The translations under genes were made by a program, and so were the position numbers. A stretch of DNA of 64,000 nucleotides, taken from assembly GCA_963579135.1 (NCBI GenBank), contig CAUZFB010000005.1, forward strand, positions 14,020 through 78,019, read 5' to 3'. The notes beneath the pieces were generated by a model. That model saw only the letters and a list, made by a program, of their open reading frames with translations, ran no database searches and had not been told where the DNA came from. The stretch is from Dehalococcoidia bacterium. Its GTDB lineage: Bacteria; Chloroflexota; Dehalococcoidia; Lucifugimonadales; Australimonadaceae. Positions 58,168-64,000 of this stretch are shown one piece after another; the stretch's first letter is position 1; each line of letters starts with the position of its first letter.

Positions 58168-59121
58168 GTGTTGATGCTGAACGAAGAGGAAGTCCGTGAA
58201 CTGCTCCCCATGAACGAGTGCGTAGACGTGCTTGATGACCTGTTCAAGGAGATGGCAGCTAGCGCCGTCTCCAACATGAACCGCTACCGCCTCCCCCTGC
58301 CACGAGGCTCGATGCAAGTCATGGCTGGTATGTCCTCGGCCAACGGGGCGACGGGTCTGAAGACCTACGTTACCGGAGCAGGTGCTCCGTCCCAGATGGT
58401 CGTCCTGCTGTTTGACATCGCCACCGCCGCACCCATCGCCTTTATCGCCGCCAACGCCCTCGGCGCAATCCGCACCGGTGCCGCCAGCGGCGTGGCCACG
58501 CGTTACATGGCACGCGAAGACACCAAGACCGCCGCCATCATCGGCACTGGCTCTCAGGCACGCACGCAACTAGCAGCAGTGGCCACAGCCCGCACGCTGG
58601 ACCGCGCCTTCGTCTTCAGCCGCACGCAAGAGAAGCGCGAGCGTTTCGCCGCCGAGATGGCCACCGAACTAAGCATTCCGGTCGAAGCCGTCGCCACCGC
58701 AGAGGACGCCATCGCCGAAGCCGATGTCGTATGTGCCATCACCAACTCTCGCGAGCCCGTATTCGACGGCACAAAGCTCAGGCCTGGAACGCACATCAAC
58801 GCCGCTGGCTCCAACGGCTGGATCCGTCGTGAGATTGACGACGCGACCATCACACAGAGCGCGCTCATCGTCTGCGACGATGTCTCCGACGCCAAGATCG
58901 AGTGCGGCGAACTGATCTGGGCCGCCGAACACCGCATCTTCCGCTGGGAAACTGCCGTCGAGCTACGCGACGTTGCAGGCGGTCGTGTGGCAGGCCGCCC
59001 CTCCACAGACGCCATAACCCTATTCGAATCCCAAGGCCTCGCGGTCGAAGACGTCGCCGCAGGTATGCACGTCTACCGCAAAGCCCTGGAGCGCGGCATT
59101 GGCCGTCAGGTCGACGTTTAG
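58168..59121 (+). CDS. Ornithine cyclodeaminase / mu-crystallin family protein
   Basis: GLK, RTGAASGVA, IGTGSQA, G.HINA.G, FESQGLAVED; start could also be 58120. Confidence 0.88.
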   Translation: MLMLNEEEVRELLPMNECVDVLDDLFKEMAASAVSNMNRYRLPLPRGSMQVMAGMSSANGATGLKTYVTGAGAPSQMVVLLFDIATAAPIAFIAANALGAIRTGAASGVATRYMAREDTKTAAIIGTGSQARTQLAAVATARTLDRAFVFSRTQEKRERFAAEMATELSIPVEAVATAEDAIAEADVVCAITNSREPVFDGTKLRPGTHINAAGSNGWIRREIDDATITQSALIVCDDVSDAKIECGELIWAAEHRIFRWETAVELRDVAGGRVAGRPSTDAITLFESQGLAVEDVAAGMHVYRKALERGIGRQVDV

Positions 59122-59180
59122 CCCCCACCCACCAGCAAATGCTACCAACGGTAAGACCAACCAGAAGAGAGGACTCCATC

Positions 59181-59504
59181 GTGCAAGAAGCCGACCAACG
59201 GCCATCCAAGCTAGAGATACTGCCCGACGGCCTACACATCGTGTGGCCCGACGGTTTCGAGACCCTCATGCCCCACCGCTACGTGCGCGGCAACTGCTCG
59301 TGCGCCGAGTGCGTCGACGAGCTCAGCCACGTCCGGCGCACGAGCGTCGATGACGTTCCGTCGGACGTCGAGATTGTCGAGTACATGGATGTGGGACGTT
59401 ACGCAGTCGGACTGCTGTTCAGCGACCTCCACGACAGCGGCATTTTCCCCTTCAAACGCCTGCGTGCCCTGGCCGACGGTCGCGACCCAGACGCCCAGTT
59501 GTAG
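59181..59504 (+). CDS. DUF971 (GBBH-N-like) protein
   Basis: W.DG, CSCAEC, VGRYAV...FSD.H.SGIF. Confidence 0.85.
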   Translation: MQEADQRPSKLEILPDGLHIVWPDGFETLMPHRYVRGNCSCAECVDELSHVRRTSVDDVPSDVEIVEYMDVGRYAVGLLFSDLHDSGIFPFKRLRALADGRDPDAQL

Positions 59505-59526
59505 TGCCCCCCGGAAACCCTCTCAA

Positions 59527-59569
59527 AAGCAAAGAGCCCGAGCGCTGATAGCGCCCGGGCTCTTTGCTT
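59527..59569. terminator. Bidirectional terminator
   Basis: 20-bp inverted repeat with one mismatch between convergent genes. Confidence 0.8.
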
Positions 59570-59591
59570 CGCCTACCCGACCCCGCCGCGA

Positions 59592-59936
59592 CTAGCTAGC
59601 GGCCGCTACGGTCGTTTCCTCCGCAGGCACTTCTTCATCGTGCATGTTCATGCGCTCTTTGAGACTCTTGATGGCGTCGTGGGCTCCGTACACCGTCGTC
59701 AGCTTTCCATTGACCCGGACCCGCATCTTGCCGATGTGGTTGGTCTTGGACAGCAGCCACAGTGACCAGTTCAAAGCCGACCGCTTCAGTCTTGGAAAGA
59801 CTCGCAGCAACTCTTCCCCTTGATACTCGAAAACTTCATCGGGGCGCCGCATGAGTTCTTCGTAGATCATCGCCTGCAGCGGTGGAAGTCCTCCCTCGGC
59901 CGGCAGACTATACTCAGATATCTGAGTGATCTTCAT
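59592..59936 (-). CDS. Hypothetical protein, possibly winged-helix
   Basis: 114-aa ORF with strong RBS (GAGAGGAG) and its own terminator. Confidence 0.7.
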   Translation of the reverse strand: MKITQISEYSLPAEGGLPPLQAMIYEELMRRPDEVFEYQGEELLRVFPRLKRSALNWSLWLLSKTNHIGKMRVRVNGKLTTVYGAHDAIKSLKERMNMHDEEVPAEETTVAAAS

Positions 59937-60355
59937 ATTCCCACTCCTCTCGTATCTTGGTCACAAACCTAGGTGAGAGTCTAGGAAAAGTCTTAGCTTC
60001 TGTATAGTGTTTCCAAGTGTCGAACAGCACTTCTTAGGTGCACACCCCAGCGCACGACATGCAGCAAGCCCCCATCACGTCATTATCAGCAGGCGCGGAG
60101 CGGCGCCCACCTCCCTCGGACGGAATCGCCTCCCGTCCCGGCCGCGCCATGAACAGGGGCACACCCTAAGGGCGTAGCACAGCGCGGTCGAAGGACCTCT
60201 CACCTTCCCCGTTCTCGCCTCGGCCAGAATCAGCGCGTACGAGACCTATCCACACCAAGCCATCGCCATCGGAGCGCTCTACGACCTTCAGCGCAACTCC
60301 CTAAGCCCACCGAGTCAAGCGAGAAGCCCACGCCTGAGATAAACTGCCAAACACG

Positions 60356-60673
60356 ATGACTGACCAACCACCGCGCCTAACTGAAGACGAAGTCCGCCGC
60401 GTCGCAACCCTCTGCCGCATCGGACTATCCGACGACGAAGTCGAGCGCCTCCGCGATGAAATGGCGGGTTTGATCGCCGAGGTCAGCATCCTCCAGGGCA
60501 TCGATACCTCCGGCGTCGAGCCTACCGCCCACGCCGTCGAAGAGGTACACACCGTGATGCGCGACGATACGCCACGACCTGCCTTGACCGTCGCCGACGT
60601 GCTATCGAACGCTCCGAGACGCGAAGGCGACTACTTCCGCGTGCCGGCAGTCATGGATGATGGGGAGGGCTGA
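60356..60673 (+). CDS. gatC: Asp-tRNA(Asn)/Glu-tRNA(Gln) amidotransferase subunit C
   Basis: V..VA.L.RI, DTSGVEPT.H, MRDD, NAP....YFRVP.V. Confidence 0.93.
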   Translation: MTDQPPRLTEDEVRRVATLCRIGLSDDEVERLRDEMAGLIAEVSILQGIDTSGVEPTAHAVEEVHTVMRDDTPRPALTVADVLSNAPRREGDYFRVPAVMDDGEG

Positions 60674-60684
60674 GGACCAAATGC

Positions 60685-62145
60685 ATGGCTGACCAACAGT
60701 TCCACTACCAAAGCGTTCGACAAATGTCGGACGCATTGCTTGCCAAAGAGATTTCCGCCATCGAGCTCGCCGACGCGCACCTGAAGCGCATCGAAGATCT
60801 CGACGGGCGCGTCGGCTCCTACCTAGCCGTCACGCCAGAACGCGCTCACGAGCAAGCTACGGCGGCGCAAGCGACGATCGACAGCGGTAACGCAAGCCCG
60901 CTCACCGGCGTGCCCATGCAACTGAAGGACAATCTCGCGACCCGCGGCGTCGCCACCACATGCTCGTCGCTCATGCTCGAAAACTTCGTCCCGCCGTATG
61001 ACGCAACCGTCACCACCGCACTGGCGGATGCGGGCGCAGTCCTGCTTGGCAAAGGCAACATGGACGAGTTCGCCATGGGCTCGTCCACCGAAACCTCGGC
61101 CTACAAACTCACCCGGAATCCCTGGGGTCTCGACCGCGTTCCGGGAGGGTCATCGGGCGGCCCTGCCGCCGCAGTCGCGGGCGGGCTCGCACCCTACTCG
61201 CTGGGCTCCGACACCGGCGGTTCTATCCGCCAACCCGCTTCGTTCTGTGGAATCGTCGGCCTCAAGCCGACCTATGGTCTCGTCAGCCGCTTCGGCCTCA
61301 TCGCCTTCGCATCCTCGCTGGATCAAATCGGCCCGTTGACGCGCACCGTTGAGGACGCCGCGCTCGTGATGAACGCCATTGCCGGGCCTGATGTCAACGA
61401 CTCCACCAGCATCCCCAGGTCGGCGGTCGATTACACCGTTGGCCTCAGGGACGGAGTGAAAGGCCTGCGCATTGGCGTGGTGCCCGAGTACTTCGGCGAC
61501 GGCATCGACCCCGAAGTCGCTCGACTCACCCGCGAGGCCATCCAACAGCTCGAAGCCCTCGGCGCTAAGATTTCCGAAGTGGCGCTGCCCAACTCCAAAG
61601 CAGCCCTTGCTGTCTACTACATCCTGGCCCCGTCCGAGTGCTCGGCAAACCTCGCCCGCTACGACGGTGTGAAGTTCGGCTTCTCGGTGACCGACGCTCC
61701 CAACATGATGACCGCGCTCGAAGCCACCCGCGAGGGCGGCTTCGGTACCGAAGTCAAGCGCCGGATGATTATGGGCACCTACGCCCTGTCGGCGGGTTAC
61801 TACGACGCCTATTACAAGAAGGCCCAGCAGGTACGGACCCTGATACGCCGCGAGTTCGACTCTGCGTTTGAGAAGGTCGACGTGCTCATCACGCCAACCA
61901 CACCGACCACGGCGTTCAAACTCGGCGAGATACAGGACCCTGTGGTTATGCACGCCAACGATGTCTGCACCGTGCCTGCCAACATCGCGGGCATCCCTGG
62001 CATCTCCGTCCCCTGCGGCACCATCGACGGCCTCCCAGTCGGGCTCCAGATCCTTGGCGCCCACCTCAGCGAGTCCACCCTCCTCCGCACCGCCTACGCC
62101 TACGAGCAGGCCACGCCCTGGCACACCAAACACCCCGCGATCTAG
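60685..62145 (+). CDS. gatA: Asp-tRNA(Asn)/Glu-tRNA(Gln) amidotransferase subunit A
   Basis: KDN, NMDEFAMGSS, PGGSSGG, GSDTGGSIRQPA, NLARYDG, EVKRR, LSAGYYDAYY.KAQ. Confidence 0.97.
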   Translation: MADQQFHYQSVRQMSDALLAKEISAIELADAHLKRIEDLDGRVGSYLAVTPERAHEQATAAQATIDSGNASPLTGVPMQLKDNLATRGVATTCSSLMLENFVPPYDATVTTALADAGAVLLGKGNMDEFAMGSSTETSAYKLTRNPWGLDRVPGGSSGGPAAAVAGGLAPYSLGSDTGGSIRQPASFCGIVGLKPTYGLVSRFGLIAFASSLDQIGPLTRTVEDAALVMNAIAGPDVNDSTSIPRSAVDYTVGLRDGVKGLRIGVVPEYFGDGIDPEVARLTREAIQQLEALGAKISEVALPNSKAALAVYYILAPSECSANLARYDGVKFGFSVTDAPNMMTALEATREGGFGTEVKRRMIMGTYALSAGYYDAYYKKAQQVRTLIRREFDSAFEKVDVLITPTTPTTAFKLGEIQDPVVMHANDVCTVPANIAGIPGISVPCGTIDGLPVGLQILGAHLSESTLLRTAYAYEQATPWHTKHPAI

Positions 62146-62345
62146 GCCACCGCGCCCATTTCCCTTGCCATCGCAAGGCGTAAATCGTGGAACGAGCGTT
62201 CCATCTGGGTGCGCAAGATCAAGATTGCGGGTCCAGGACGCGGCGGAGTAGCAGATCGAACGTGACCATCAGCTAATATGAAACGCATGGCTGGGACGCC
62301 GTCGCCCTCAAGTATGGCAACAGTTTCAAGCTGACCTAACCCAAC

Positions 62346-63669
62346 CTAGCGCGTTATCTCGCGTCGCTGGAACACCACGAACGCCGCTGCCGTGCCAACC
62401 GATCCCACCCCAAGCAGCACCAGCACATCCCACACGGGCAATGCATCAGCACCCGACACGCTCAATGGGTCCTAGTAGTGGAACACTGCCAGCGGGCCCA
62501 GCGACTCCGCCGGTGCCCACAGCAGCGAAAGGAAGTCGATAAAGAACATCGCGACCACGATGGCGGTCGTGACGCCCATCCCCTGCCCACCGTCGCTGCT
62601 CAATGACGACACCAGCAATCCGATGCCGCCGATGGAAAACGCGAATGCGAACGTCGTTACCTGGATCAGCATGAATGTTGCGAGGCTCACGCCCTCGACG
62701 CCATTCAGCGTGACGCCTAGCCAGGTCCCCGCCAGTGCAGATGCTGCAATGGCGAAGATGCCCACCAACAATGCGCCAACCTCCGCCACCAGGAACCGCC
62801 AACGTGCGATTGGCGCCGCCAGCAACACCAGCACCGTGCCGCGCTCGATCTCTCGAGCCACGGCACCAGCCGTGGACGCAATCACGAACGCGGAAATAGG
62901 GACCAAGTACGGCGGGATCCGGTAGTCGGCGGCCAGATACCCTTCAGCGTCAGTCGCAAACCCTCCCTGCGCGTGGAGGATGACCTTGATACCTTCGGGT
63001 AACAGTTCGAAAAAGTCCTCGATCACTGCCGTCCCACCCAGCGCCTTGAACGTGTAAACGATGATGACGCTGATCCCGAACAGGCCCCACGACACGGCGC
63101 ACAAGCCGATGCGCTGCCCGATCAACGTACGCCGAAATAGATCCGAACAACTGCTGGCGCATGCGCGGGTCCAACGACTCCGTAGGCTCATCCAAGATCA
63201 GCAATTCGGGATCGTGCTGCATCGCCTGAACCAACGCCAGCTTCTTGCCCATCCCCGTCGAGTAGCCCTTCACTCCCCGTTTCAATGCAGAAGCGGACAG
63301 TTCGAGTCTGTCCAGCAGCTCTCGCTGCATCGGCGGGACCCCACGGATACCATGGCGCCTCCCGATATGGGCCAGGAACGTCTCTCCCGTAAGCCCCCGG
63401 CCGAAACTTATGGTGTCCGGTAGGAATCCCAGGTGCCGCTTGATCTCGACGGACTCTCGGCCTACATCGAACCCCAACACCCTAGCAATGCCAGCGTCCG
63501 CGCTTATGAACCCCATCAGAACGCGGATGGCACTTGTTTTCCCGGCGCTGTTGGGCCCGAGGAACCCGAACATCTCACCACGCGGCACGTCGGAATCGAC
63601 CCCGCGCAGCGCCTGAACGCTACCGAAATGCTTCGTCACTCCATCGAGGAGGATTGCCGAATCGTTCAT
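62346..63669 (-). pseudogene. Disrupted ABC-2 exporter (truncated ATPase joined to interrupted permease)
   Basis: ATPase homology stops just after Walker B (LILDEP...) near 63145. The permease starts there in another frame, has TAG at 62472 within FHY*DP, and continues in frame to FQRREITR* at 62346. Confidence 0.8.
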
Positions 63670-64000
63670 GCTGCCTCGTAAGCCACGGCCCCACCCTCAA
63701 CGCGCAACCGATGGGCGCCTTCCAGAAAGCTCGACGGCACCTGCGCCAGGTCCGCCGTCGTCACGATCGTTTGATGGTTGCGCACGGCCTCCTCGAGCAC
63801 GAGCGCACGACGGCGATCGTCAAGCTCCGACAGCACGTCGTCGAGGAGCACTATGGGGGGATCATTACGGCGCTCTTCCATCAACCTTGCCTCAGCCACG
63901 CGCAAGCCCAGCGCGGCAAGCCTCGCCTGCCCCCGTGAGGCGTGCTTGGCCATCTCCACGCCATTCATCGTGATTTTCAGATCGTCCCGATGCGGACCAA
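63666..64000 (-). CDS. recF: DNA replication/repair protein RecF, 3' part (5' outside window)
   Basis: GPHRDDL, ASRGQAR, P.VLLDDVLSELD. Confidence 0.93.
   Translation of the reverse strand, partial: GPHRDDLKITMNGVEMAKHASRGQARLAALGLRVAEARLMEERRNDPPIVLLDDVLSELDDRRRALVLEEAVRNHQTIVTTADLAQVPSSFLEGAHRLRVEGGAVAYEAA

Noticed and set aside
60356-62145. gatCA without adjacent gatB as an anomaly
   Set aside because: gatB is commonly encoded elsewhere; not informative from one window.
20381-62474. Stop-codon recoding (TGA/TAG) as the explanation for internal stops in three remnants
   Set aside because: TAG and TGA terminate many intact genes here, and the remnants also carry frameshifts, deletions or ligand loss.

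Overview
GC-rich bacterial chromosome segment, mostly housekeeping and catabolic genes. The gene set resembles Chloroflexota (Dehalococcoidia/SAR202-like); this is an inference from GpsA with GTTTWG and from paralogous amidohydrolases, SDRs and MFS permeases. Recognisable genes: prmA, gpsA, thrS, ilvD, rmuC, holA, tatA/B/C, lpdA, 2-oxoacid:ferredoxin oxidoreductase alpha/beta, an E2 acyltransferase, thyX, a TPP-riboswitch-controlled thiamine ABC transporter, HU, dinB, gatC/gatA and the 3' end of recF. I found no rRNA, tRNA, CRISPR array, transposase or prophage. Main observations: (1) an unannotated, apparently leaderless Thr-rich leader peptide with terminator/antiterminator upstream of thrS, with no T-box; (2) an RlmD m5U methyltransferase fused to a Maf pyrophosphatase; (3) a lower-GC OFOR pair between E3 and an E2 with an altered active site, with no E1 present; (4) a 33-bp perfect inverted repeat; (5) three pseudogenes (cupredoxin, GNAT, ABC-2 exporter) not recovered intact by the ORF track. 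All family calls come from motif recognition by eye, not database searches.
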